Shown: one piece after another, positions 37,150-49,006 of the stretch
Position numbering within the stretch: the stretch's first letter is position 1
How the letters are laid out: the number at the start of each line of letters is the position of its first letter
DNA from: Rhynchopus sp. YZ270_cl-10
Taxonomy: Eukaryota
DNA: 64,000 bases
Direction: 5' to 3'
Assembly (NCBI GenBank): GCA_964035575.1
Contig: OZ037837.1
Location: forward strand, 62,001-126,000
Program-made: the position numbers and the translations under genes
Notes under the pieces: generated by a model
The model's database searches: none
Told to the model about the DNA's origin: nothing
Seen by the model: the letters and a program-made list of their open reading frames with translations, nothing else

Positions 37150-37944
37150 GGGGGGGGGGGGTGGGAAAACAACAAATGAAAAGTAGGAGTGTGGTTTCAA
37201 TTTTTTTGATAATGTGACAACGATGAACACCCTAGTCTAGGCTATAGATTAGTCAGCATACGGTTTTTATTGTACACCCGAGCAAAGGACATTCAATCAG
37301 GAAGATTAGTACACAACTCAAGACAAATAATAAAAACCCCTTTCAGCGTTTAGTTGGTACGCCACCCACGTCATGATGCAAAAAAAAAAAAGTAGCGCCG
37401 TGGTTGCAATACTGAAACTACAGTCTAGCTCGACCCATCCGGCACAAAAAAATGTTTGATGTCAAAAAGAGAGGGTAGGGGTTTTCCAAAATCCATCCCA
37501 AAAAAAAAAGGTTGATAAGATGATCCTAAGCCTCTCGTGCTTAGTGCACCTTAAAAAAAATTCTAAAGGGATAGCGAATCATCCTGAAAAGAATCACAAA
37601 ATACATGAGAACATGAGGTTAGGAAAATATAGGAAAAGAAAAACAAACTCGCGTGCACGTGACAATAACAGACAGAAACATACTCAAACACAGGTATTCA
37701 CTCATATGAGTGCATTTCAAAAGCACACACGATTTCACAACAGACCTACAGAAGAAAAAAAGAGAAATCACTGATGAGTGAGGCAAGCCCAGCCTCACAG
37801 CGAGTCACCTGGAACAGAAGGAAAATACTTTTGTGCAAGGAACTCCTCATTGATTTCAAAAACGCAAAAAATGGAGATGCTGGGTGCACAAAAACAGGGA
37901 ATTACCCTGAAAAATAGGTGATGCAGGCACCTCCGACTGACCTA

Positions 37945-38174
37945 CACGACGGTGAAGTAAATGACATGTGCTTTTTACATGTGATTTACATGTAACTTTT
38001 TTGGTCTGGTTCGCACATGTACCACATGCAAAATGACATGTGCGGTAACGTACATTGACCGTAAAAAGGTCAACCGACATGTAAAATGACATGTGAGTAC
38101 ATTTTATTTTACATGTCACTGCTCTTCATGTCATTTTACATGTAAAGGCACATATCATTTACTTCACCGTCGTG
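37945..38174. mobile_element. TA-flanked MITE with CACGACGG TIRs and ACATGT subterminal repeats
   Basis: TA-cacgacggtgaagtaaatga ... tcatttacttcaccgtcgtg-TA. Confidence 0.85.
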
Positions 38175-38807
38175 TATGTAAAATGATTGCCCCGGATGAA
38201 AGAGTAAGTACGGCAAACAGAAGTTTGTAAAAATACAACCTACAACAGTAGATGTAAAAAGGAAACCTAATGGCTTGCCCGTACCGTAGTGTGAACGGGG
38301 GGGTGCGGAAACAACTGCTCATCTGCTGGCTTATCTTCCGCTGAAGAGTTGTGAGCTTACGGATACTCCGTTCGCTTCACCCAACTCTTTTTTGATACCA
38401 GAAAAAAAAGTGATCATCGAGACAAAAGAGAGGCGTCCCTGAAAAAAATAAAAATAAAACTTGATGTGGCCCTGTGCACACAAACACTTCATGTTGACTC
38501 CAAACAAAAACACATACAAAAAGACGCACTCGAATACAAAAATAGTTTTTTTTTTGAGACGAAACAAAAAAAACAACAAAAATGTGGCCATTTCAAAAAA
38601 TGAAAAAAAAGATCAGTTGCAAAGGTGATCCCATTAAGCCTCACGCACATTCGTCACTTCAAGAAAATGATGACAAAATTAGACTCTCTGTCCACCCCCT
38701 CCTCTCCGTTGTTCCATCCACTCTTTAAGTAAATACAATGGTAGTAACATGACACATAAATGTACATCATCTTCACTCAACACTGCAGATGGGATTGTTC
38801 GAGTTGC

Positions 38808-40262
38808 TCAAATAACCTGCGTAAGGTCGCTGTACTTCTTGCGCCCGAGCAGCCCTGCAATGGTGAAGAACACTACAGCCAGGCCAAGGCAGGGCATGAG
38901 GATTGTCATAGTCCAACGCCAGTCCTGCAGACTATCCTGAATCGCCCCAGCGTAGTACGGCGAGGGCACGTCCCCCACCACGTGGAACACAAGAACTGCA
39001 AACCCCATTGCTTGGGCGCGAAGCTTATGTGGCACTGAGTTGAGGATAGCATAGGTCGCTGGGCCGAAGTAGAACGCAAAGGTGTAGAAGCCGACAAAGA
39101 AGAAAGGGAAAAACCCTGCAAGGTGTGGGTCGTTGAACGGCATGTTGAACGCAAGCGTGAGGCACACTGTTGAGTTTACAAGCGCGCCTGCGACAAGCTT
39201 GCAGGCTGTGACGTACCCTCCACCGTGATAGTCAAGCAACGCACCTCCCGTCAACGTCCCCATGATGCCGGCAACAATGACAACACCTCCGAAGTACAGA
39301 TCCGCGTTATCCAAATTGTACACCTGGCGTGCTGCCTTGGGTCCCCAGAAGCTGATAATACCCGCTATCGCCATCACAACTGAGTACCCGGCCACAGCAA
39401 GCAACCAGCGAGGGTTCGTCGACAGCTGCTTCACATCCTCCCACAGCGACTGCTGCCCCTCAACGTGCAATGGCTCCAGAACCTTCGCAGACACAGACAG
39501 ACGCGCTTCGTGAGACGGCGCAAGGGGGTGCTCCGCACGCTCACCATCCTCAAGCAGACGAGAAGAATCCCTCGGGTCAACAACAACAGACTCTCTGTTT
39601 CCTTTCAGCACATCCCACGTCAGGTGCTTCGGGCGTGCAACAAGAAGCATAATCGCAAAGGGAGCGTTCAGTGCTGCCTGGATGCGGAAGGCCCACCTCC
39701 AGTCGAGGTCCTGCACCACCATGCCCATGAGAAACCCTACTGCAGTGCCAACAGAGAGACACATGTAGAAGAGTGCCATCCACACCCCTCTGCGCTCTGC
39801 AGGTGCAATCAGGTCGATCATCGCAGGTGCCACGACAGTGAAGGAAGGCTCCGAGACTCCAAGCACCGTACGGCATGCAAGCAGCATCTCCCACGACTGG
39901 CAGAACCCAGCCGCAATGAGCGCAACGGTGAAGATGCTCTGCCCCACCCCCATGACAGTGAAGGGGTGGACGTACTTCACGGCGTGCGCAGAGACAGGAG
40001 ACGCGATGGTGAGCCCGACAGTGAAGAACGACGACAGCAGGCCAGCCTGGGCGTTGGTCAGGTTGTACTCGCCCTGGTACCCCGTGTACCCACATTCGTT
40101 TCTGCACGCAAGCGACTCGTCGTCCTCACAGAGCTTGCTGCACGCAGTGTCCTCGTAGTGGCCCGTCACACCGTTGCTCGCAATCGCACCTCGTTCAATG
40201 TAGTTCAGCAGCTGTACCGCGCAAAACCAGCACAGCACCAGACGGGGTGTAAAGAAATTCAT
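38808..40262 (-). CDS. MFS transporter, Spinster (SPNS)-like, copy 1
   Basis: 484 aa with many hydrophobic segments; N-terminal LLNYIERGAIASNGV and CRTVLGVSEPSF...AP.MID match Spinster-family motifs. Confidence 0.85.
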   Translation of the reverse strand: MNFFTPRLVLCWFCAVQLLNYIERGAIASNGVTGHYEDTACSKLCEDDESLACRNECGYTGYQGEYNLTNAQAGLLSSFFTVGLTIASPVSAHAVKYVHPFTVMGVGQSIFTVALIAAGFCQSWEMLLACRTVLGVSEPSFTVVAPAMIDLIAPAERRGVWMALFYMCLSVGTAVGFLMGMVVQDLDWRWAFRIQAALNAPFAIMLLVARPKHLTWDVLKGNRESVVVDPRDSSRLLEDGERAEHPLAPSHEARLSVSAKVLEPLHVEGQQSLWEDVKQLSTNPRWLLAVAGYSVVMAIAGIISFWGPKAARQVYNLDNADLYFGGVVIVAGIMGTLTGGALLDYHGGGYVTACKLVAGALVNSTVCLTLAFNMPFNDPHLAGFFPFFFVGFYTFAFYFGPATYAILNSVPHKLRAQAMGFAVLVFHVVGDVPSPYYAGAIQDSLQDWRWTMTILMPCLGLAVVFFTIAGLLGRKKYSDLTQVI

Positions 40263-41146
40263 GTTTTGTCAGTATTGTTGTCTGGCGGGGTGGATGGTGG
40301 GTGGGGTTTGCTCGGTACGAAAGGGGAAGAGGAAGATGCACTTGAGTATGAACTAGTGGAGGGGGAGGGAAGCAACAGATGAACAGTAAAATACGTTGTG
40401 TGAAATTATTTAATAGCTATTTTGTACCTACCAGAAAAGTAGTTTTCTTGATGAGTGTTTTCTGAGTGTGCATGAGTGCACACTCAGAAACCACGAATCA
40501 AGAAGAACGACCTTTCCGAGGTCAAAGCATAGTTTTGTTGAAAATTTCCAACTTTGAGGCACTATTTGCACACAGAACCTCCTGTGTTTCCAAACGACCA
40601 CCAAAAGGTGCCCTACCTGGCTACCTGGACTGAAAATACACCAGGATCCAGGTGCCTGGGTGCCTGGGTGCCCAGGCACCACCCAGAAAACGAACTCAAC
40701 CACCAGAAAACAAAAAGTGTCAACTCGTAAAGAAAAGATCTCAATCAACTCACCCAGAAAAGTATAAAAAAAAAAGTGCGGAAAAGATGGAAATTTTCAA
40801 CAAAAGTTTATTCAGTCAAGTGTTTTTGACAGAAAAAAACTTGAGAAAAATTTGTGTGTTGGCGGAGAAAAAAACAGTCGTTAGTTCCGATAAAAGTCTC
40901 CTGCGTCGGTTTTCTCTTTCACAGTACGAAAGCTACACCGGGGAGTGAGGAAGAAGTTGTGTTGTCTTGAACACTTCCCCAACCATATCACACTGCATTC
41001 GAGTACATTGACGTAGCTAACGAAGCAACCAGGGCGACACGATTCAGCCACAAAGCTCCTTCAACTTGCCTTCAAGTACTCTACGGGACACAACGCTGCT
41101 GCAGCAGGAGAAGTAGTCAACGCTGCAGATGGATTGATCGAATGGC

Positions 41147-42601
41147 TCAAATAACCTGCGTAAGGTCGCTGTACTTCTTGCGCCCGAGCAGCCCCGCAAT
41201 GGTGAAGAACACCACACCCAGGCCAAGGCAGGGCATGAGGATTGTCATAGTCCAACGCCAGTCCTTGATGTAGTCCTGAATCAACCCGGCGTAGTACGGC
41301 GAGGGCACGTCCCCCACCACGTGGAACACAAGAACCGCAAAACCCATTGCTTGGGCGCGAAGCTTATGTGGCACTGAGTTGAGGATAGCATAGGTCGCTG
41401 GGCCGAAGTAGAACGCAAAGGTGTAGAAGCCGACAAAGAAGAAAGGGAAAAACCCTGCAAGGTGTGGGTCGTTGAACGGCATGTTGAATGAGAGCGTGAA
41501 GCACACTGTTGAGCTTACAAGCGCGCCTGCGACAAGTTTGCAGGCTGTGACGTACCCTCCACCGTGATAGTCAAGCAACGCACCTCCCGTCAACGTCCCC
41601 ATGATGCCGGCAACAATGACAACACCTCCGAAGTACAGATCCGCGTTATCCAAATTGTACACCTGGCGTGCTGCCTTGGGTCCCCAGAAGCTGAGGATCC
41701 CCGCTATCGCCATCACAACGGAAAACCCCGCCACGACAAGCAACCAGCGAGGGTTCGTCGACAGCTGCTTCACATCCTCCCACAGCGACTGCTGCCCCTC
41801 AACGTGCAATGGCTCCAGAACCTTCGCAGACACAGACAGACGCGCTTCGTGAGACGGCGCAAGGGGGTGCTCCGCACGCTCACCATCCTCAAGCAGACGA
41901 GAAGAATCCCTCGGGTCAACAACAACAGACTCTCTGTTTCCTTTCAGCACATCCCACGTCAGGTGCTTCGGGCGTGCAACAAGAAGCATAATCGCAAAGG
42001 GAGCGTTCAGTGCTGCCTGGATGCGGAAGGCCCACCTCCAGTCGAGGTCCTGCACCACCATGCCCATGAGAAACCCTACTGCAGTGCCAACAGAGAGACA
42101 CATGTAGAAGAGTGCCATCCACACCCCTCTGCGCTCTGCAGGTGCAATCAGGTCGATCATCGCAGGTGCCACGACAGTGAAGGAAGGCTCCGAGACTCCA
42201 AGCACCGTACGGCATGCAAGCAGCATCTCCCACGACTGGCAGAACCCAGCCGCAATGAGCGCAACGGTGAAGATGCTCTGCCCCACCCCCATGACAGTGA
42301 AGGGGTGGACGTACTTCACGGCGTGCGCAGAGACAGGAGACGCGATGGTGAGCCCGACAGTGAAGAACGACGACAGCAGGCCAGCCTGGGCGTTGGTCAG
42401 GTTGTACTCGCCCTGGTACCCCGTGTACCCACATTCGTTTCTGCACGCAAGCGACTCGTCGTCCTCACAGAGCTTGCTGCACGCAGTGTCCTCGTAGTGG
42501 CCCGTCACACCGTTGCTCGCAATCGCACCTCGTTCAATGTAGTTCAGCAGCTGTACTGCGCAAAACCAGCACAGCACCAGGCGGGGTGTAAAGAAATTCA
42601 T
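41147..42601 (-). CDS. MFS transporter, Spinster (SPNS)-like, copy 2
   Basis: Tandem copy offset by 2339 bp; protein identical over the N-terminal ~290 aa. Confidence 0.85.
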   Translation of the reverse strand: MNFFTPRLVLCWFCAVQLLNYIERGAIASNGVTGHYEDTACSKLCEDDESLACRNECGYTGYQGEYNLTNAQAGLLSSFFTVGLTIASPVSAHAVKYVHPFTVMGVGQSIFTVALIAAGFCQSWEMLLACRTVLGVSEPSFTVVAPAMIDLIAPAERRGVWMALFYMCLSVGTAVGFLMGMVVQDLDWRWAFRIQAALNAPFAIMLLVARPKHLTWDVLKGNRESVVVDPRDSSRLLEDGERAEHPLAPSHEARLSVSAKVLEPLHVEGQQSLWEDVKQLSTNPRWLLVVAGFSVVMAIAGILSFWGPKAARQVYNLDNADLYFGGVVIVAGIMGTLTGGALLDYHGGGYVTACKLVAGALVSSTVCFTLSFNMPFNDPHLAGFFPFFFVGFYTFAFYFGPATYAILNSVPHKLRAQAMGFAVLVFHVVGDVPSPYYAGLIQDYIKDWRWTMTILMPCLGLGVVFFTIAGLLGRKKYSDLTQVI

Positions 42602-43621
42602 TTTTGTCAGTATTGTTGTCTGGTGGGTGGATGGCGGGTGGGGTGGTGGGTGGGGTTTGCTCGGTACGAAAGGGGAAGAGGAAGATGCACTTGAGTATGA
42701 ACTAGTGGAGGGGGAGGAAGCAACAGATGAACAGCAAAATACGTTGTGAAAAGGTATTTTTATCTCCAGTGTTTTTGTGTGTTAGACGAGAAGACAACAG
42801 TTTCCGATAAAAGGCTCCTGCGTCAGTTCCTGACAGACACTGAGTCACTTCACTCTTTCAAATATGTGTTGCTGCTGAACACCAGACAGAAGTGCTGTGG
42901 ACATCTTCTTCGTGGAGCTGCAGCACTCATAAGCGAGGATAACGCAAAGGAACACAAAACTCTTAACGTGCACACTTTGTTCAAAATGAAATACCCACCC
43001 TTCAAATTTTAACAAAAGCATTTATTTTGAAATGCACGAATGATGTGATAATGTATCTCAAATGCTGCTGAAGAAAAAATACGGAGGTGAGAGACCCGGG
43101 GATGGGCGACAGGGAGGGGAGGGGGAGAGGGAGAAACACCACGACTGTGGTGGATTTGAGCGAATCAAATAATGTGACATTTGCTGTATTCTTTATTGTG
43201 TTGATGGGAAGGGAAGGGCATAGTATAAAGTACATTATGCTCCTGCTCTATTGACATTCACTACGTGCCAACAAGACCTCACTCCAAAGATACTCATTCC
43301 AACATCGCCAAATATTTCACTGGAGCCACAGAAAAAGGTTCTGTAGTTGCATTTTTGGGATCCGCCCGTGCAGTGGTGGGGTCAATCTCGAAAATTGGAC
43401 AATTTTTTGCCCACTTAACAGTTTGAGAAATATGAGCCCGGTCACTAATACTTGGGGCCCATTTTCGGCAAAATTTTTCCTCAAAATCAGGGTTTGCAAA
43501 ATTGACCCTTTCCCCCCCGCCACATTGATTTCAATACTATATCTTACTTCACCTTCGGTTACCCTTACAGGGGGGGTGAAGGAAGGTTGTGGAAAAGACA
43601 AAAACAATTGGTGGGTCAAAG

Positions 43622-43995
43622 AGTGACCCGAAAACAGTGTAGAACGAACGTGGAGTGCATGTGTGTATGTTCAGGATGGTGAGCAACTCGTCCTTCTCCA
43701 GCACCTTCCTGATCCACTTTGGTTCGGACCACGCATAAATCTTTCAGCGGAACGCCGTAGTCGTCATCGTAAATATTCAGTTCCACGTTAACGGATTTGC
43801 ACCTGTCGAGGAAACGTAGGAATGCTGATGTCGCCTCCACCTCTGACTCCGCTGTTACGATGAAATTGTCGATCCAACATACACCTTCGTCCTTAGGGAG
43901 AAGAACCATTGCTGCTCGGTGGGCGATCGCTGTGGCATGAGACCAACCCATGGCCATGCACAGTAAGGTGGTGGTGATGAACTGACCTCCGCTCC
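43622..43995 (-). mobile_element. RT catalytic-core fragment (WIDN variant) of a YR-type retrotransposon, flanked by 17-bp direct repeats
   Basis: MAMGWSHATAIAH...VCWIDNFIV...F..RC...NVELN; caattggtgggtcaaag (43605-43621) and caatttgtgggtcaaag (43996-44012). Confidence 0.75.
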
Positions 43996-44041
43996 CAATT
44001 TGTGGGTCAAAGGAATTCTGTGTTAGGAACAGCCCAGAACG

Positions 44042-45750
44042 TCAGGAGTACCGGGATTTGCGGGCTCCCACGTCGCGAAGGAGGTCCTTCAGTTTGTAGT
44101 TCTTTTCGGTGAGAAACATCTTTATTTGGGTCTTCGTGCCTATCACAAGTGGGTTGAGCTTGCTGGTCCAAACTGCGTCTTCCACAGCTCTGCTCAGCCG
44201 TTGAGGCGTATCCTCTTCAACGCTGTGCAGTTGTGAAGAAAGCCGATGTCAACCTGATTCGCCCCCCAGAGTGGGGACAGGTCCACTTCCGTCAGGCTGC
44301 TGCAGTCGGAAAGAAAGCACACACCAATTCTCACAGTGTTCGTGAGAGACGACAAGTCCACAGCTGTTAGCCTGACGCAGTTGGAAAGAAAGTTGCTGCC
44401 TATTATCGTGACCTTCTTCGGTAAGTCCAGTGTTGTTAAGCTGCTGCAGTTGGAGAGAAAGTGCTTGCCGATATGCGACAGCTCGGACAAGGGAGCCAAG
44501 CTCAGTGCTGTGATGCTTTCGCAGTTGTGAAGAAAGTAGTCGCCGATGTGCACCACCTTCCTGAGTGGCGACAGGTCCAGTTCTGTTAAGCTTCTGCAGC
44601 CCGACAGAAAGTGTTCACCTATTTGCGTGACCCTGCTCAGCGCGGACAGGTTCACTGTTCTCAAGCTTGTGCAGTCGTGAAGAAAATAGACGCCAACCTG
44701 CTCAAGACTGCTCAATGGCGACAGGTCCAGCACTGTTATGTTACTGCAGTTGCTGAGAAAGTGGCTACCAATGTGCGTAACGCTGACCAACTTGGACATG
44801 TCCACTGCTGACAAGCTGTTGCACTGGGAAAGAAAGTTACTACCCACATGAACAACTCTGCTGAGCGGCGGAAGGTCTAGCGTTGTCAACTTGGTGCAGC
44901 GGGAAAGAAAGTCATCACCTATCCGCACAACCCTGCTGAGTGGCGACAGGTCCAGCTTTGTCAGGCCGCTACACTTGTACAGAAAGTAACTCTCTATCTC
45001 CTCCACCAGGCTGAGTGGCGACAGGTCCAAAGTGGTCAAGCCCACACAAGACAACAGAAAACTACCACCAACCTTTGTGACTCTGCTGAAAGGCGTCAAA
45101 TCCAGCACTCTCAAGCATCCGCAGTGGATGAGAAAGCCGTCCTGAATCACCGTAACGTTGATTTGTGCTGGCAGGTCAAGTTGTGTCAGGCTTGTGCACA
45201 CAGCGAGAAATTGCTCGCTTATTTGTGTTAGTTTGTTCAGAGACGAGAGGTCCAGTTGTGTTAAACTTCTGCAGTCGGAGAGAAAGCTGTGACCAATGCT
45301 GGTCAGATGTGACGCAACACTGAAATCAAGCGCCGTTACCGTTGTGTTCGCCAAGAAATGGTCCGGAACTGCAGGGGACACCTCGGCCTGCAGAAGCAAA
45401 CACGCAATCTTTGGGTCTCTCTCGTGTTTCAGGGTATACATCAACACGAAATCTTCACACCGCAAATCTTCACCCAATTCCTCGACGTCACCATCCAGCA
45501 CACCAAGTGCCTCGAGTTCTGCAAGAGCCTCGTGCTTCAGCGTCTTCGTGAGCAAGATTGTGTCACCAGCACTCAGTTCTGTGATGTCCTCTCCTTCGTC
45601 CTTCCCTCCGAAGCCCATGCGGAAGCTGTCCTCAGCCAACCCCACTGCAGACGCCACCTTCTGCCGCATCGTCACCACTGTATCATCCACACCCACCTCG
45701 ATCACGTACGAGCTATCATTGCAGCCTTTGTTGATGATGGTCACTTCCAT
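44042..45750 (-). pseudogene. Ubl-LRR protein copy 1; a 1-bp deletion near 44195 removes the last ~50 aa (truncated gene, pseudogene or sequence error)
   Basis: Start MEVTIINKG (ATG at 45750); 25-aa LRRs LxxLDLSPLxxVxxIGxxFLxxCxx; after RIRLNG-stop the paralog tail TKTQIKMFLTEKNYKLKDLLRD continues in another frame to ~44042. Confidence 0.75.
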
Positions 45751-46729
45751 TTGTCTTCCTTTTGTGTTGCTCTGTTGTGGTGGGGTTGTGGGGTTGGGGC
45801 AACAACGTGTGGGCCACGTTCCTGACGGACACTGAGTCACTTTCACTCTTTCAAATATGTGCTGCTGAACACCAGACAGAAGTGCTGTGGACATCTTCTT
45901 CGTGGAGCTGCAGCACTCATAAGCGAGGATAACGCAAAGGAATACTAATGATATACTCTAGGGAAATATTGAAGCTATATTTACCTGAGGGGGGTGTCAA
46001 CCACCAAGGGTTCGGATTTACCGAGCCGAAGCTTAACGTGCACACTTTGTTCAAAATGAAATACCCACCCTTCACTATTTATTCGTCATTTGTCTGCTGT
46101 TTGACGATCGCGTTCATCTATGTGGTGAACACTGGAACATTAGGCACACGAATGTTTCAGACAACAGAAGAGACAGCAAAAACTAGAAAATGAAAACCAA
46201 AGCTTTTTGATAAAAATTAATGAACACAAAAACCAGCGCGTGTGAAAAATGCTCGAGAGACTCGTTACTCTTTGCTTGTTGCTCAAAAGGATAAAAACGG
46301 GAAGAGGAAAAATTTAGGTTGTTTGTTGTTCGCTTCCACTTTTTTTTTCTTTTCTCGACTTGATAACGGTAAATACGCAGATTTACGGTTTGAATGTGTT
46401 TTTCCTGAAGTACAGAAAATGTTGTGGAGCACAGGGGGAAAGAGAGGGGGAAAACAAGCGGGGAGGTGGATACGCAGAACGCGCGACTTTTCACGAGGGT
46501 CTCGAGCATTTTGTCAAATACTACGTGTTTACTAAAAAGAAAAGAAAATATTTTTTCTGATTCAAAGTGGTGTTTACGTTTTGGGTACGGGGCGGAGAAT
46601 AAAATCTGTTCGATAAAAGAAACGCAAGATTTTTTGTTTTATCTTGTTCAAAAAAAAAAGCTCAAAAAATTGGCATCATCGGGGCGCAAGTCTTTGCAAA
46701 GTCTTCACAGGGTAAAAGGGGGGCACGGG

Positions 46730-47223
46730 CAGTCTGCAGACTAAGGATTGGGGGGTCGGGTAAGTAAGTAATTAAATGGCTAGTCTGCACGGGGTTTCGT
46801 AACCAACAATACAGGCGAAAACGCCGTTATTTGCATTTTTGAGCCAATCCCAGTCAGTGGTGGGGTCAATCTGGAAAAATGGACAAAATTTTAATGACTT
46901 AAATTTTGGACAATATGAGCCCGGTCACTAATAGCTGGGGCCGATTTTCGGCCAAAAATTTCCTCAAAATCCGGGTTTGTAATATTGACTTCACCTTCGG
47001 TTACCCTACCGGGGGGGGTGAAGGAAGGTTGTGGAAAAGGGTCCTTATTTGCATTTTTGGGATCCGCCCGTGCAGTGGTGGGGTCAATCTCAAAAATTGG
47101 ACAATTTTTGACCACTTAAATTTTTGAAAAATATGAGCCCGGTCACGAATACGTGGGGCCATTTTTCAAAAATATCGGGGTGGTATGTTAAGTAATTAAA
47201 TGAAAAAATTAGTCTGCAGTCTG
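46730..47223. mobile_element. non-autonomous hAT element (15-bp CAG TIRs, 8-bp TSD GGCACGGG) with internal ~220-bp tandem units
   Basis: ggcacggg-cagtctgcagactaa ... ttagtctgcagtctg-ggcacggg; internal units also at ~43345-43597 and ~20752-20810. Confidence 0.85.
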
Positions 47224-47963
47224 GGCACGGGTACAAAGAATCCTACCAAGCTTTCACCATAAAGTGATTATGGTGTACTATGCAAGCTTCACACCACCAA
47301 AAATGGTTAAAATGTTGACAAAAGCATTTCTTTTATTTGAATTGCACGAATGATGTGATAATGTTATATCAAATGCTGCTAAGGAAAAAATACGGGGGGT
47401 GAGAGGCCCGGGGATGGGCGACAGGGAGGGGAGGGGGGGAGGGAGAAACACCACGACTGTGGTGCTTATACCCAGCTTTACAAAGTGTGCACAGGGTAAA
47501 AGGGGGTCGCGGTAAAATCTTAGGTGTGAAAAACCCCTACCAAGTATTCACACAAAGACTTTACGGTGTACTATGCGAGCTTCACAACACCAAAAATGAT
47601 TCGAATTGACAAAAGCATTTCTTATGATTGAACGAATGATGTGATAATGTAGTATAAAATGGCGCCGAAGAAAAAATACGGGGGTGAGGAGTCCGGGGAA
47701 GGACGACAGGGAGGGGAGGGGGAGGGGGAGGGGGAGAAACACCACGACTGTGGTGCTTATACCCAGCTAGTGGGGGTGAAATAATCCTCCCCGTTGTGTC
47801 ACCAAATCCCAAAACCCACCTTACTCCTTGTCGGGGTGGTTGGAACAGTGTTGTTAGAGACATGGAGAGGGTGAAGTGCAATAAAATGAGTGTCAGAATA
47901 GAACAAATCAAACAATGTGCGTTTGTTGTATTTTTGTGTTGAGGGACTGAAAAGACAATGTTA

Positions 47964-48301
47964 CCGTCTTTTGAAAAAATATGGACCAGAAGAAACATGG
48001 ACTAGCATAATCATGGGCCTTTTGGGATATTTTTTTCTATGTACCAATTTTTCTGGTCCGACATCTATGTGAGGATTTTTTGAACTTATGCAGAACTTTG
48101 TCAGGGAGTAGCGCGCGCGAAGCGCGTGCGACGACCGCTTGTGTGGGGAGAAAGCTCGGAATGGGTTTTTAGCATCCACAACACAGATGGACCAGAAAAA
48201 ACATGGGCCAGAATAATGATGGACCAGAACAATTATGGACCTTTTGGGGATTTAAATTTTTATGGACCAATTTTTCTGGTCCATATTTTTTCAAAAGACG
48301 G
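47964..48301. mobile_element. TA-flanked MITE (CCGTCTTTTG TIRs, TGGACC subterminal repeats, central GCGAAGC hairpin)
   Basis: ~28-bp TIRs; paralogous site without the element at ~58990-59030. Confidence 0.85.
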
Positions 48302-49006
48302 TAATATGCACCTAGACCTCTCATGATCACCTTAAAAAGTAGGTGGTAAAAGTATGTTTGTGTCTTTCTATTGAACGTTGTAAAGGTATGCATGTGTCTC
48401 ATTGCTTTGATCGTTCTTGCTTTGCATTGATGCATCCACACAGAAGAAAACTGTTGTCTGTGAGGTACATGAAGCTGGTGTAGAGCACAGACATGGGATG
48501 GAGAGGGGCTGTCAATGTGGGGGAGAGGTGAAAAAGGGGGGTACAAAAGGAAACAACAGCATTCTCAAATTCAATCGCGACAGGAACGTTTATTGTACAT
48601 CGAAACGAAAAAAAGAGGGAGAGCATGTTAATAGGATTCAACTGCATTTGACCCATATAAAGATCTACAACTACTGGAGGGGTGAATACGAATCTACCTC
48701 TTGACATAGACCTGAAGTAAATAGAAATTTAACACTCATTACACGATAAAACCCACGGGAGAGGTTGGGTGAAACACACACACGAGAAAAAAACAGGGTG
48801 CCTCTTGTATTCGCCACCCATAAAACCCATAGTAACACAACTGTTCAAAAAAGCACGTTCGTGAATTGAACGAGTGATGCTTACCGCTTTGGCGGGTATG
48901 TTATATCAAATGCCGCTGAAGAACGTGAAGTGGATAGTGCAAGAAGAAAAGAAAAGTTTATAAGATGAACCTAAGCCTCACGTGCTTAGTCACCTTTTCA
49001 TATTCG

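Noticed and set aside
37771..37806. CTGATGA followed by a 7-bp stem (gtgaggc/gcctcac), resembling a hammerhead ribozyme core
   Set aside because: The required GAAA after stem II is absent (agcga), and I found no stems I/III
1965..42694. Long plus-strand ORFs such as 1965-2756, 7501-8424, 27878-28855, 39465-40382 and 41564-42694
   Set aside because: Antisense shadows of GC-rich minus-strand genes, with no recognisable domains
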